Positions 9,381-18,740 of a DNA stretch of 64,000 bases are shown one piece after another; within the stretch, counting starts at the first letter, position 1, and every line of letters starts with the position of its first letter. Source of the stretch: Burkholderiales bacterium (GTDB lineage: Bacteria > Pseudomonadota > Gammaproteobacteria > Burkholderiales > SG8-39); assembly GCA_014860355.1 (NCBI GenBank), contig JACZJV010000062.1:759-64758 (forward strand), written 5' to 3'. The notes beneath the pieces were generated by a model, which worked only from the letters and a program-made list of their open reading frames with translations, was not told the DNA's origin and did not search any database. Made by a program: the position numbers and the translations under genes.

Positions 9381-10052
9381 GTGATGGACTACGGGCCGCT
9401 ACAGCGTAAGCTGGGTTACAGCTTCGTGCAGGCGCCCCTGCTGCAACAGGCGCTGACCCACCGCAGCCACAGCACGCAGCATAACGAGCGCGTAGAGTTC
9501 CTCGGCGACAGCGTGCTCAATTGCTGCATCGCGCATGAACTGTACCAGCGCTTCGCCGATCTGAAGGAAGGCGAGCTGTCGCGCCTGCGCGCCAACCTGG
9601 TGCGGCAGGAAACCCTGGCCGAACTGGCGCAGGAACTGGAACTGGGAAGCTATCTGCGTCTGGGCGAAGGCGAGTTGAGGAGCGGGGGTTTCCGCCGTCC
9701 CTCGATCCTGGCGGACGGCCTGGAAGCGCTGTTTGGCGCGGTTTTTCTGGACGGCGGCTTTGCGGCGGCGCAGGGCGTGGTTCGCGCCCGCTATGCATCC
9801 CTGCTGGAACACATGGATCCGCAAACCCTGGGCAAGGATCCCAAGACCCTGCTGCAGGAGCTGCTGCAGGCGCGCAGGCTCCCCCTGCCGCAGTATGCGG
9901 TGGTCGGGACCAAGGGTGCCGCGCATCAACAGCTGTTTCAGGTGGAATGCCAGATTCCGCAGCTGGCGATCCGCACCGTCGGCTTTGGCGCCAGCCGGCG
10001 CATCGCCGAACAGGAAGCGGCGCAGCTTGCCTACGGGCAGATGCACAAATGA
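9381..10052 (+). CDS. rnc: ribonuclease III
   Basis: RNase III signature [12 protein letters not shown] with a C-terminal dsRNA-binding domain. Start is GTG 9381 or ATG 9384. Confidence 0.95.
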   Translation: MMDYGPLQRKLGYSFVQAPLLQQALTHRSHSTQHNERVEFLGDSVLNCCIAHELYQRFADLKEGELSRLRANLVRQETLAELAQELELGSYLRLGEGELRSGGFRRPSILADGLEALFGAVFLDGGFAAAQGVVRARYASLLEHMDPQTLGKDPKTLLQELLQARRLPLPQYAVVGTKGAAHQQLFQVECQIPQLAIRTVGFGASRRIAEQEAAQLAYGQMHK

Positions 10053-10942
10053 AGCCCGCCGAGTTTCGCTGCGGCACTATCGCCATCGTCGGTCGGCCCA
10101 ACGTGGGCAAGTCCACGCTGCTGAACCACCTGATCGGGGAAAAAATCAGCATCACTTCGCGCAAGGCGCAGACGACGCGCCACCGCATCACCGGCATACT
10201 CACCGATGCGAGCACGCAGTACGTATTTGTCGATACGCCCGGATTTCAGACCAGGAATACCAGCGCCCTGAACCGCCTGATGAACCGCAGCATTACCCAG
10301 GCCTTGCAGGACGTGGACGCAATCCTGGTGGTGATCGAGGCCGGTCGCATCAGCCGGGAAGACCGTCAGGTGTTCGATTTGCTGCCGACCGGGCGGCCGG
10401 TGGTATTGGCGGTAAACAAGATCGATCGCCTTGCGGACAAGAAGCAGTTGCTGCCGCTGCTGGCGCAGTCGCAGACCGAGCACGCGTTTTCCGATGTCGT
10501 TCCTGTCAGCGCCAAAAGCGGGGAGCAGACGCGGCAATTGCTGCAAGCGCTGCGCCAGCACCTGCCGCAGCAGCCGGCGATCCATCCCGCCGGCGAGCTG
10601 ACGGACCGCAGCGAACGCTTTCTCGCGGCCGAACTGGTGCGCGAAAAACTGTTTCGGCAGCTCGGCGACGAATTGCCTTACGGCGCCAGCACGACCATCG
10701 AAAAATTCGAGACCGAAGGCAGGCTGCGCCGCATCCATGTGGCTATCATTGTCGACAAGGCCGGCCACAAGGCGATGGTCATCGGCAAAGGCGGAGAGAA
10801 ACTGAAGCTGATAGGAAGCGACGCGCGGCGCGACATGGAGAAGCTCTTCGGCGGCAAGGTGTTCCTGCAGATCTGGGTGAAGGTCAAGCACGGCTGGACC
10901 GAGGACGAACGCACGCTCAAAAACCTCGGATTCGAACCATGA
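10049..10942 (+). CDS. era: GTPase Era
   Basis: [20 protein letters not shown] and a C-terminal KH domain. The ATG overlaps the rnc stop (ATGA). Confidence 0.95.
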   Translation: MKPAEFRCGTIAIVGRPNVGKSTLLNHLIGEKISITSRKAQTTRHRITGILTDASTQYVFVDTPGFQTRNTSALNRLMNRSITQALQDVDAILVVIEAGRISREDRQVFDLLPTGRPVVLAVNKIDRLADKKQLLPLLAQSQTEHAFSDVVPVSAKSGEQTRQLLQALRQHLPQQPAIHPAGELTDRSERFLAAELVREKLFRQLGDELPYGASTTIEKFETEGRLRRIHVAIIVDKAGHKAMVIGKGGEKLKLIGSDARRDMEKLFGGKVFLQIWVKVKHGWTEDERTLKNLGFEP

Positions 10943-11661
10943 GCGCACGCGCACGCCAGGACAACCAGCCCGGGTACGTACTGCATACCTACCCCTTCCG
11001 CGAGACCAGCCTGGTGGTCGAAGCTTTCACGCGCTCGCACGGGCGCATTGCCATGGTCGCGCGCGGCGCCAAGCGCCCGCGTTCGGCGCTGCGAGGCAGC
11101 ATCATGGCATTCCAGCCCCTGGGCCTGTCCTGGTCGGGGCGGGGCGAGTTGCGCCTGTTGCTGCGCGCGGAATGGCAGGGAGGGCAGCAGCGCCTGCAGG
11201 GCAGGGCGCTGCTGTGCGGCTTTTATCTGAACGAACTGCTGTTGAAGCTCCTGCCGCGCGAAGACGCGCACGAACAGCTGTTCCTCGACTATCAGGCGGC
11301 GCTGGCGCGCCTGGCCGAGGAACCGCAGCCCGGTGCCGTGCTGCGACGCTTCGAGAAGGCGCTGCTGCGCGAACTGGGCTACGCGCTCTCACTCGAGCAC
11401 GACAGCGCCAGCGGCGCGGAGATCGACCCGCGCAAGTCCTACGCCTACGAGCCCGAGCGCGGACCTGTGGCGGTAAATGGCGCCGCGCCGGCGGGCCTGG
11501 TCGTCTCCGGGCAGACCCTGCTCGACATCGTGCGCGACGACTACAGCGACCCGCTGACCCTGCAACAGGCCAAGGCATTGATGCGCCTGCTGATCAGTCA
11601 TCGCCTGGAGCAAAAACCGCTGAACAGCCGGCGCATATTCGAGGAGCTGCGACAACTGTGA
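10939..11661 (+). CDS. recO: DNA repair protein RecO
   Basis: 240 aa. [40 protein letters not shown] is the RecO OB-fold N-terminus. The start overlaps the era stop. Confidence 0.9.
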   Translation: MSARARQDNQPGYVLHTYPFRETSLVVEAFTRSHGRIAMVARGAKRPRSALRGSIMAFQPLGLSWSGRGELRLLLRAEWQGGQQRLQGRALLCGFYLNELLLKLLPREDAHEQLFLDYQAALARLAEEPQPGAVLRRFEKALLRELGYALSLEHDSASGAEIDPRKSYAYEPERGPVAVNGAAPAGLVVSGQTLLDIVRDDYSDPLTLQQAKALMRLLISHRLEQKPLNSRRIFEELRQL

Positions 11662-12383
11662 TAGAACTCGGGGTGAATATCGATCACGTGGCAACGCTGC
11701 GCCAGGTGCGCGGCACGACCTACCCGGACCCGGTGCGCGCCGCCCTGCTCGCCGAGAATGCCGGCGCCGACGCGATCACGCTGCATCTGCGAGAAGACCG
11801 GCGCCACATCCAGGACCGCGATGTCGATGCGCTGCGCGCGCAGCTTTCCAGGCGCATGAATCTGGAATCCGCGGTGACGCGCGAGATGCTGCAGATCGCA
11901 CTGCGCGTGCGCCCGCACGATGTCTGCCTGGTGCCGGAACGGCGCATGGAACTGACCACGGAAGGCGGCCTCGACGTCGCGAGCCAGTTCGAGCGGGTGC
12001 GCGACGCGTGCCGGCTGCTCGGTGAATCGGGTATCCGCGTGTCCTTGTTCATCAATGCCGACAACGCCCAGATCGATGCGGCCAAGGCCGCAGGCGCGCC
12101 GGTGATCGAACTGCATACAGGCCACTACGCCGACACCGCGGGAGACGCGCAGCAGGCCGAGTTCAGGCGCATCTGCGAGGCGGTCGAATACGGCAATCTC
12201 ATCGGCCTCAAAGTCAACGCCGGCCATGGGCTGAACTATGAAAATGTAGCGCCGGTCGCTGCCCTGCCCGGGATTGCAGAACTCAATATCGGCCACGCGA
12301 TCGTGGCGCACGCCGTTTTCGTCGGCTGGGAGTCAGCCGTGCGTGAAATGAAACGGCTGATGACCGAAGCGCGGCGCGCGTGA
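11658..12383 (+). CDS. pdxJ: pyridoxine 5'-phosphate synthase
   Basis: [25 protein letters not shown] and NAGHGLNY motifs. The GTG start overlaps the recO stop. Confidence 0.93.
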   Translation: MIELGVNIDHVATLRQVRGTTYPDPVRAALLAENAGADAITLHLREDRRHIQDRDVDALRAQLSRRMNLESAVTREMLQIALRVRPHDVCLVPERRMELTTEGGLDVASQFERVRDACRLLGESGIRVSLFINADNAQIDAAKAAGAPVIELHTGHYADTAGDAQQAEFRRICEAVEYGNLIGLKVNAGHGLNYENVAPVAALPGIAELNIGHAIVAHAVFVGWESAVREMKRLMTEARRA

Positions 12384-12769
12384 TCCTGGGCACCGGCACC
12401 GATCTGATCGACGTGCGCCGCATCGAGCGCGCGCTGGCGCGCTTTGGCCACCGCTTTGCCCGCCGCGTCCTGGTCGAGCACGAATACCTGCGCTTCTGCG
12501 CGCACATAAAGCCCGCCCACTATCTGGCCAAGCGCTTCGCCGCCAAGGAAGCGTTCTCGAAGGCCATGGGCACCGGCATTCATTTTCCGGTCAACTGGCA
12601 TAACGTGAGCGTCGCCAACGAACGCTCGGGCAGGCCTTATCTGAAGTTTTCGCAAGCGCTCGCAGCGCTGCTCGCGCAGCGCGGCATCAGCCGGACGCAC
12701 TTGAGCCTGAGCGACGAAGTCGAAATGGCCTGCGCCTTCGTAATCCTGGAGGGCAGCGACCATGAGTGA
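12380..12769 (+). CDS. acpS: holo-[acyl-carrier-protein] synthase
   Basis: 129 aa. [15 protein letters not shown] and [13 protein letters not shown] motifs. The start overlaps the pdxJ stop. Confidence 0.9.
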   Translation: MILGTGTDLIDVRRIERALARFGHRFARRVLVEHEYLRFCAHIKPAHYLAKRFAAKEAFSKAMGTGIHFPVNWHNVSVANERSGRPYLKFSQALAALLAQRGISRTHLSLSDEVEMACAFVILEGSDHE

Positions 12770-13811
12770 CAGCCATGCAAGCGATGACCTGGGTCCGGTA
12801 ATGCTCGACCTGGCCGGCGTTGAATTGAGCGCCGCCGAGCGCGAAATGCTGCGCCATCCCCTCGTCGGCGGCGTGATTCTGTTTTCGCGCAATTACCGTA
12901 CACCGCAGCAGCTGTGCGAGCTTACCGCCGCGATCCGCTCGCTGCGCCGCCCCGAATTGCTGATCGCCGTCGATCACGAGGGCGGCCGGGTGCAGCGCTT
13001 CCAGGAGGGATTCTCGCGCATACCGCCCATGCGGCGCCTGGGCCTCGCCTGGGATCGCGACCGCGCCGCGGCGTGCAGGGCGGCGGGCGACATCGCCTAT
13101 GTGCTTGCGAGCGAGTTGCTTGCCTGCGGCGTGGATTTCAGTTTCGCACCGGTGCTCGACGTGGATTTCGGCGCAAGCGGCGTGATCGGCGATCGCGCCC
13201 TCCACTCGGAGCCGGCGGCGATCGCGCAACTGTCGGCAGCGCTGATCGCGGGCTTGCGCGAAGCAGGCATGGCGAGCGTAGGCAAGCATTTTCCCGGTCA
13301 CGGTCATGTACGGGCGGACTCCCACCTTGCCGTGCCGGTCGACGAGCGCAGCTTTGCCGAAATAGAGTCCGCCGACCTGGTTCCGTACAAGGAACTGATC
13401 GGGCACGGATTGACGGCGGTGATGCCGGCGCACGTGATCTATCCGGAAGTCGATGCGCATCCGGCCGGATTTTCGGCCAAATGGCTGCGGCAGATTCTAC
13501 GCGGGCAGCTGGGCTTCGAGGGCATGATCTTCAGCGACGATCTGTCGATGGAGGGAGCCAGCGTCGCCGGCGGCGTGGTCGAGCGCGCCCATGCCGCGCT
13601 CGATGCGGGCTGCGACATGGTGCTCCTGTGCAATGCCCCTGGAGCCGTTGCGGCGCTGTTGGCCGGGCTAGCCCCCGGCGCGACGAAGCAGGGTCGCGCC
13701 GAGGCGATGCGCGGCGCGCGCCTGGCGTCCGGGCTGGACGCGCTGCGGCCGAACAAGCGCTTTGCCCTGGCCCAAGCAGGGCTTGCGCGCTTTAGCTCCA
13801 CCCTGGCCTGA
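12762..13811 (+). CDS. nagZ: beta-N-acetylhexosaminidase (peptidoglycan recycling)
   Basis: GH3 motifs GGVILFSRNY, DHEGGRVQRF, KHFPGHG and FSDDLSM. It overlaps acpS by 8 nt. Confidence 0.88.
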   Translation: MSDSHASDDLGPVMLDLAGVELSAAEREMLRHPLVGGVILFSRNYRTPQQLCELTAAIRSLRRPELLIAVDHEGGRVQRFQEGFSRIPPMRRLGLAWDRDRAAACRAAGDIAYVLASELLACGVDFSFAPVLDVDFGASGVIGDRALHSEPAAIAQLSAALIAGLREAGMASVGKHFPGHGHVRADSHLAVPVDERSFAEIESADLVPYKELIGHGLTAVMPAHVIYPEVDAHPAGFSAKWLRQILRGQLGFEGMIFSDDLSMEGASVAGGVVERAHAALDAGCDMVLLCNAPGAVAALLAGLAPGATKQGRAEAMRGARLASGLDALRPNKRFALAQAGLARFSSTLA

Positions 13812-13843
13812 GCGCCCGGCCGCTGCGGCGTTCTCTGCCTTCC

Positions 13844-14497
13844 ATGCACGACAGCTTCAACCCCGATTGCCGCGATTGCGAGCGGCTCGCCGGCTTTCTC
13901 GACCAGGTGCGGCGCGACCATCCCGGCTACCACGCGCGCCCGGTGCCCGCCTTCGGCGATGCCGCAGCCGAACTGCTGATCGTGGGCCTCGCCCCGGGGA
14001 TGCATGGCGCCAACCGCAGCGGACGCCCGTTTACCGGCGACCATGCCGGCATTCTGTTATATCGCAGCCTGCATCAGTTCGGTTTCGCCAGCCATGCCGT
14101 GTCGCAAGCCGCGGACGACGCGCTGGTGCTGAAGAACTGCCGCATCAGCAACGCGGTCAAATGCCTGCCGCCGCAAAACAAGCCGCTGCCGCAGGAGATA
14201 CTCTGCTGCAACCGCTACCTCGCAGCAGAATTGCGCCGGCAGCCGCCGCGGGTGATCCTGGCCCTGGGCGCGGTCGCGCATCAGGCCGTGCTGCTGGCCT
14301 GCGGATTCAAGCGCGCGAGTTATAAGTTCGCCCACCACGCGGTACATGCCTTGCCGCCAGCGCCGAACGCACCCGCAGGCATCCGCCTCTACGACAGCTA
14401 TCACTGCAGCCGCTACAACACCCAGACCAAGAGGCTCACCGTAGCCATGTTCCACGCGGTCTTGCGCGACATCGTCGCCGAGTTGGAGCAGTCGTGA
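13844..14497 (+). CDS. uracil-DNA glycosylase superfamily protein (family 5 / UdgB-like)
   Basis: [26 protein letters not shown] resembles the family-4/5 UDG active-site motif, and the GLAP..HG.NR.GR.FTGD variant is typical of family 5. There is a C-terminal HCSRYN motif. Confidence 0.75.
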   Translation: MHDSFNPDCRDCERLAGFLDQVRRDHPGYHARPVPAFGDAAAELLIVGLAPGMHGANRSGRPFTGDHAGILLYRSLHQFGFASHAVSQAADDALVLKNCRISNAVKCLPPQNKPLPQEILCCNRYLAAELRRQPPRVILALGAVAHQAVLLACGFKRASYKFAHHAVHALPPAPNAPAGIRLYDSYHCSRYNTQTKRLTVAMFHAVLRDIVAELEQS

Positions 14498-16320
14498 GTG
14501 CGCCCGCCGAACCCGCACCGGCGTTCGATGCACAGGCGCTGATCGTCAGCCTGCCGCATCTGCCCGGGGTGTATCGCATGCTCAACGGGAGAGGTGATGT
14601 GCTCTACGTGGGCAAGGCGCGCGACCTGAAAAAACGCGTGAGTTCGTATTTTCAGAAGACCGCACTAAGCCCGCGCATTGCGCTGATGCTGACGCAGGTG
14701 GCCGTGGTCGAAACCACGGTGACGCGTTCCGAGGCCGAGGCGCTGATCCTGGAGAACAACCTGATCAAGTCGCTTGCGCCGCGCTATAACATTTTGTTCC
14801 GCGACGACAAGTCCTACCCCTACCTGATGCTGAGCGGCCACGCCTATCCGCGCCTGGGGTTTCATCGCGGCGCGCTCGACGGCAGACACCGCTACTTCGG
14901 TCCGTTTCCGCACACCGGTGCGGTGCGCGAGAGCATACAACTGCTGCAGAAGATCTTCCGCCTGCGCACCTGCGAGGACTCGGTGTTCCAAAACCGCTCC
15001 CGGCCCTGCCTGCTGCACCAGATCCGGCGCTGCTCGGCGCCCTGCGTGGGCCTGATCGACAGCGACGCCTATGCCGCGGACGCGAAGAACGCGGAACTGT
15101 TCCTGCAGGGGCGCGAAGACGACGTGCTGCAGACCCTGGGCGGCAAAATGCAGCAGGCGGCCGACCTGCAGCACTATGAACAGGCTGCGTTTTACCGCGA
15201 CCAGATCCAGGCGCTGGCGACTACGCAGCAAAAGCAATACGCAGAGAGCAGCAGCGGCGGCGACGCCGACGTCATCGCCTGCGCCGGGGCGGCTGGCGCA
15301 GCCTGCGTCAACCTGGTGATGGTGCGCAACGGCCGCCATCTGGGCGACAAGAGCTTTTTTCCGCACAACGCCGAGGATCGGACCGCGCCCGAGGTGCTGC
15401 AGGCTTTCCTCGCGCAGCATTATCTCAACCGGCAGCTGCCCGCGATCATCGTGGTCGGCGCCGAATTCGATGCGCAGGAGACCGGGGCTGCGCTGGCGGA
15501 TCAGGCGGGACACGCGGTGCAGCTGGTGCTGCGGCCGCAGGGGCAGCGCCGCGCCTGGCTGGAGATGGCGCAAAAGAACGCACAGCTCGCCCTGGCGCAG
15601 CGCCTGTCGCATGCGAGCAATCAGGAGGTACGGCTCGCCGCGCTGCGCGAGGCCCTGGGCCTGCCCGATGCGGTGCAGCGCATCGAATGCTTCGACATCA
15701 GCCATACCCAGGGCGAGGCGACCGTCGCGTCCTGCGTCGTCTATGACCGCTTCGACATGCGCAACTCCGAATACCGGCGCTACAACATTGCCGGCATCCA
15801 GGCAGGGGACGATTACGCCGCCATGCGCTCGGTGCTGCAGCGACGCTACGAGAAGATTTCGCGCGGGGAGGGCGCCGTCCCCGATCTGATCCTGATCGAC
15901 GGCGGCAAGGGCCAGGTGAATGTTGCGCGCGAAGTCCTGGCCGAGCTCGGCATGAACGATATTTTCCTGTTCGGCGTGGCCAAGGGCGAGGAGCGCAAGC
16001 CCGGGCTGGAACAGCTGATCTGCGCCGATGCGAAAAGCAGCATCCAGCTCGCACGCGACAATCCGGGGCTGCATCTGATCCAGGCCATCCGCGACGAGGC
16101 GCACCGCTTCGCCATTACCGGCCATCGCGCGCGCCGCGGCAAGTCCCGGATGACTTCCTCGCTGGAGGGCATCAGCGGCATAGGCGCCAAGCGGCGCAAG
16201 GAACTGCTGGCCCGTTTCGGCGGCCTGAAAGGGGTGGTCGGCGCAAGCATAGACGACCTGGCCCAGGTTCATGGCATAAGTCGCAGCCTGGCGGAAAGAA
16301 TTTACCGCGAGTTGCACTAA
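14494..16320 (+). CDS. uvrC: excinuclease ABC subunit C
   Basis: 608 aa. GIY-YIG N-terminus ([26 protein letters not shown]), a central endonuclease domain and a C-terminal (HhH)2. The GTG start overlaps the upstream stop. Confidence 0.96.
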   Translation: MSAPAEPAPAFDAQALIVSLPHLPGVYRMLNGRGDVLYVGKARDLKKRVSSYFQKTALSPRIALMLTQVAVVETTVTRSEAEALILENNLIKSLAPRYNILFRDDKSYPYLMLSGHAYPRLGFHRGALDGRHRYFGPFPHTGAVRESIQLLQKIFRLRTCEDSVFQNRSRPCLLHQIRRCSAPCVGLIDSDAYAADAKNAELFLQGREDDVLQTLGGKMQQAADLQHYEQAAFYRDQIQALATTQQKQYAESSSGGDADVIACAGAAGAACVNLVMVRNGRHLGDKSFFPHNAEDRTAPEVLQAFLAQHYLNRQLPAIIVVGAEFDAQETGAALADQAGHAVQLVLRPQGQRRAWLEMAQKNAQLALAQRLSHASNQEVRLAALREALGLPDAVQRIECFDISHTQGEATVASCVVYDRFDMRNSEYRRYNIAGIQAGDDYAAMRSVLQRRYEKISRGEGAVPDLILIDGGKGQVNVAREVLAELGMNDIFLFGVAKGEERKPGLEQLICADAKSSIQLARDNPGLHLIQAIRDEAHRFAITGHRARRGKSRMTSSLEGISGIGAKRRKELLARFGGLKGVVGASIDDLAQVHGISRSLAERIYRELH

Positions 16321-16435
16321 CGACCGGCTGATTGCGGTATCTTGAGAGCTGGTCTGGGGCCTCGGGCTGGCGGTACGCCATGTTTTCCGGCGCGCTTTCA
16401 GGCGCGCAATCCCGTGTCAATTTGGATATTCGGTT

Positions 16436-17005
16436 ATGCGTTTTAATGTTCCCAATGCGCTCACCTGGATGCGCATCGTGATGATTCCGCTGTTCGTCGG
16501 CGTGTATTACGCGCCGACCTCCTGGCTCACGCTGCCGCAGGAAAACCTGATCGCGACCGTCATTTTCACGGTTGCCGCGCTCACCGATCTGCTCGACGGC
16601 TACCTCGCGCGTAAACTGAATCAGGAGTCCGCGTTCGGCGCGTTTCTCGACCCGGTGGCGGACAAGCTGATCGTGGCGGCGGCGCTGATCGTGCTGGTCC
16701 ATCTTCATCGTCTCGATGCGGTCATCGCGGTGATCATCATCGGCAGGGAGATCACCATCTCAGCGCTGCGCGAGTGGATGGCCCATCTGGGCGCGGGGAA
16801 AAGCGTGGCGGTGTCCCTGATCGGCAAGATCAAGACCGTGTCGCAGCTTGTGGCCATCCCGATGCTGCTTTACCACGACCCGCTGGGCGCGTTCCAGCCG
16901 CAGCAGTGGGGCACCGGCTTGATACTGCTGGCCGCGGCGCTGACCCTGTGGTCCATGTTCTACTACCTCAAGATGGCCATGCCCACAGTGATAAAACATG
17001 GTTGA
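16436..17005 (+). CDS. pgsA: CDP-diacylglycerol--glycerol-3-phosphate 3-phosphatidyltransferase
   Basis: CDP-alcohol phosphatidyltransferase motif DLLDGYLARKLNQESAFGAFLDPVADK. Multi-TM protein of 189 aa. Confidence 0.92.
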   Translation: MRFNVPNALTWMRIVMIPLFVGVYYAPTSWLTLPQENLIATVIFTVAALTDLLDGYLARKLNQESAFGAFLDPVADKLIVAAALIVLVHLHRLDAVIAVIIIGREITISALREWMAHLGAGKSVAVSLIGKIKTVSQLVAIPMLLYHDPLGAFQPQQWGTGLILLAAALTLWSMFYYLKMAMPTVIKHG

Positions 17006-17043
17006 TCACAGAGGGCAATCCCCGGTATAATTCGCCTCCTCAT

Positions 17044-17119
17044 GCGGCAGTAGCTCAGTTGGTAGAGCGCAACCTTGCCAAGGTTGAGGTCGAGAGTTCG
17101 AGACTCTTCTGCCGCTCCA
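17044..17119 (+). tRNA. tRNA-Gly (anticodon GCC)
   Basis: 76 nt. Acceptor GCGGCAG/CTGCCGC, D-arm AGCTCAGTTGGTAGAGC, anticodon loop CTTGCCAAG, T-arm GGTTCGAG-like (GAGTTCGAGACTC), encoded CCA. Confidence 0.93.
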
Positions 17120-17223
17120 AGATTCGAAGGGAATGCGCGTAAGCGCTTGCGGCACAGGCCGCGGGCGCGTTCCCTTTATCAATTGCGGATTGCCGTCGCG
17201 CCTGGCCGGCGCGGGCTCGAGAC

Positions 17224-17297
17224 GGCGGGATGGCAGAGTGGTCATGCAGCGGCCTGCAAAGCCGTGTACGCCGGTTCGATTCCGACTCCCGCCTCCA
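17224..17297 (+). tRNA. tRNA-Cys (anticodon GCA)
   Basis: 74 nt. Acceptor GGCGGGA/TCCCGCC, anticodon loop CCTGCAAAG, T-loop GGTTCGATTCC, encoded CCA. Confidence 0.93.
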
Positions 17298-17327
17298 GAC
17301 ATTCTGCGTCGCCCTACGATTTCTTGC

Positions 17328-18575
17328 TCACCTGCCGATGCGCCCGGCCACCGCGCGTATCTGCCGCGGCGCTGCCAGCCAGATACACAGGCCGGAGGCG
17401 ATACTGCATCCGATTGCCAGGGAAAATGCCAGCGCATAGCTGCCGCTCGCGTCATACAAGGCGCCGGTGATCCAGGGGCCCAGCGCGCCGCCGGCGATGC
17501 CTATTCCCATCAGGGTTCCGAATATGCCGCCGTAATGGCGTCCCTGAAATATTTCCGCGGGAATGGCGCCGACGACCGAGGTGAGTCCGTAGCCGAGCAG
17601 GCCCTGCGCGAGCACCATGAACCAGAGCAGCGCGGGGCTGGGCCAATCGCGCATCAACAGCAGCGCGACATAGCAGAGCACGAAACCGGCGTTGCCCACG
17701 GTCCAGACCCATTCGCGTCCGATGCGGTCGGAGATGTGCCCGAGCGCGATCTGTCCGGGGATCGCGGCGAAGCTGACGAAGCCCAGCGCCCAGGCCGCGT
17801 ACATCGGTGCGAATCCGGATTCGATCAGATATTTGGTCTGGTGCACCTGCACCGCGTACCAGGAGAACAGGCCGCAAAAATAGCCCGCGGCGATCCACCA
17901 GAAGCGCGCCGTGCGCATGGCCCGGGCAAGGGTCCAGTCGATCGCGACCCAGGCGTGATCGATCACGTTTGCGTGCGGCTTGGCTGCGGTGGATGCCGGC
18001 GCGGCGACATCGCCGTCGGGTCCGGTGCCCAGGTCCTCGGGCCGGCGCCGGATCAGCAGGTTGAGGGGGGCCAGCAGGCCGAACACCAGGATGGCCATGC
18101 CGATGCAGGCGGCGCGCCAGCCGGCATGCTCGATAATCGACTGCAGCCAGGGCAGCAGCACGATGGAACCGATGCCGACGCCGGAAAAGGCGATGCTCAT
18201 CGCCAGACCCCTGCGGCGCACGAACCAGTTCGGCAGGTGCAGCGCCTGGCCGGTGAATCCCAGCGCCACGCTCCCCGCACCGACTAACACGCCCAGAGTG
18301 AGATAAAGGTGCCATGGCTGGCTCACCTGCGCGGCCAGCAGCAGACCGACACCCATGATGCCCACACCCGCCTCGAGTACGATGAGCGGTCCATGGCGAT
18401 CCATCAGGCGGCCGAGCAGGGGGCTCAGCACCGCCGAAATGAAAAAGCCGAAGGAGAATGCGCCGGCGGTGACGCCGCGCTCCCAGCCGAACTCCGCGAG
18501 GATGGGCGGAAACAGCAGCGAGAATGCAGTGCGCGCGTTGACCGCCACGCCCATGGTGACGAAGGCCACGGCCAC
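17328..18575 (-). CDS. MFS transporter
   Basis: 415 aa with ~12 TM segments and the MFS loop motif GRLMDRHGP. The ORF-track start is GTG 18575. The in-frame upstream peptide LKAPRFPFFYGWAI looks conserved-like but contains only a CTG (18617), so the N-terminus is uncertain. Confidence 0.8.
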   Translation of the reverse strand: MAVAFVTMGVAVNARTAFSLLFPPILAEFGWERGVTAGAFSFGFFISAVLSPLLGRLMDRHGPLIVLEAGVGIMGVGLLLAAQVSQPWHLYLTLGVLVGAGSVALGFTGQALHLPNWFVRRRGLAMSIAFSGVGIGSIVLLPWLQSIIEHAGWRAACIGMAILVFGLLAPLNLLIRRRPEDLGTGPDGDVAAPASTAAKPHANVIDHAWVAIDWTLARAMRTARFWWIAAGYFCGLFSWYAVQVHQTKYLIESGFAPMYAAWALGFVSFAAIPGQIALGHISDRIGREWVWTVGNAGFVLCYVALLLMRDWPSPALLWFMVLAQGLLGYGLTSVVGAIPAEIFQGRHYGGIFGTLMGIGIAGGALGPWITGALYDASGSYALAFSLAIGCSIASGLCIWLAAPRQIRAVAGRIGR

Positions 18576-18711
18576 GATGGCCCAGCCATAGAAGAACGGA
18601 AATCGCGGAGCCTTCAGGTGATCATCCTATCGTTGCGCGCGCCGCTGAAGACCCATCTACAGTGGATCGTGCGCAGGGCGCTACATTCTATACTGGATGA
18701 TGCCGCCCGCG

Positions 18712-18725
18712 CCGTGCCGGCACGG
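18712..18725 (-). terminator. candidate terminator hairpin after the large secreted-protein gene (no U-tract)
   Basis: Perfect 14-nt palindrome CCGTGCCGGCACGG, 16 nt downstream of the stop at 18741. It lacks a T-run, so its function is uncertain. Confidence 0.25.
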
Positions 18726-18740
18726 GCGTCTGGTGCGGAT

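Noticed and set aside
14665-16317. 550-aa minus-strand ORF antisense to uvrC
   Set aside because: It is the shadow frame of a well-supported uvrC. The composition is Ala/Arg/Gly/Leu-dominated, and there is no start context or family signature.
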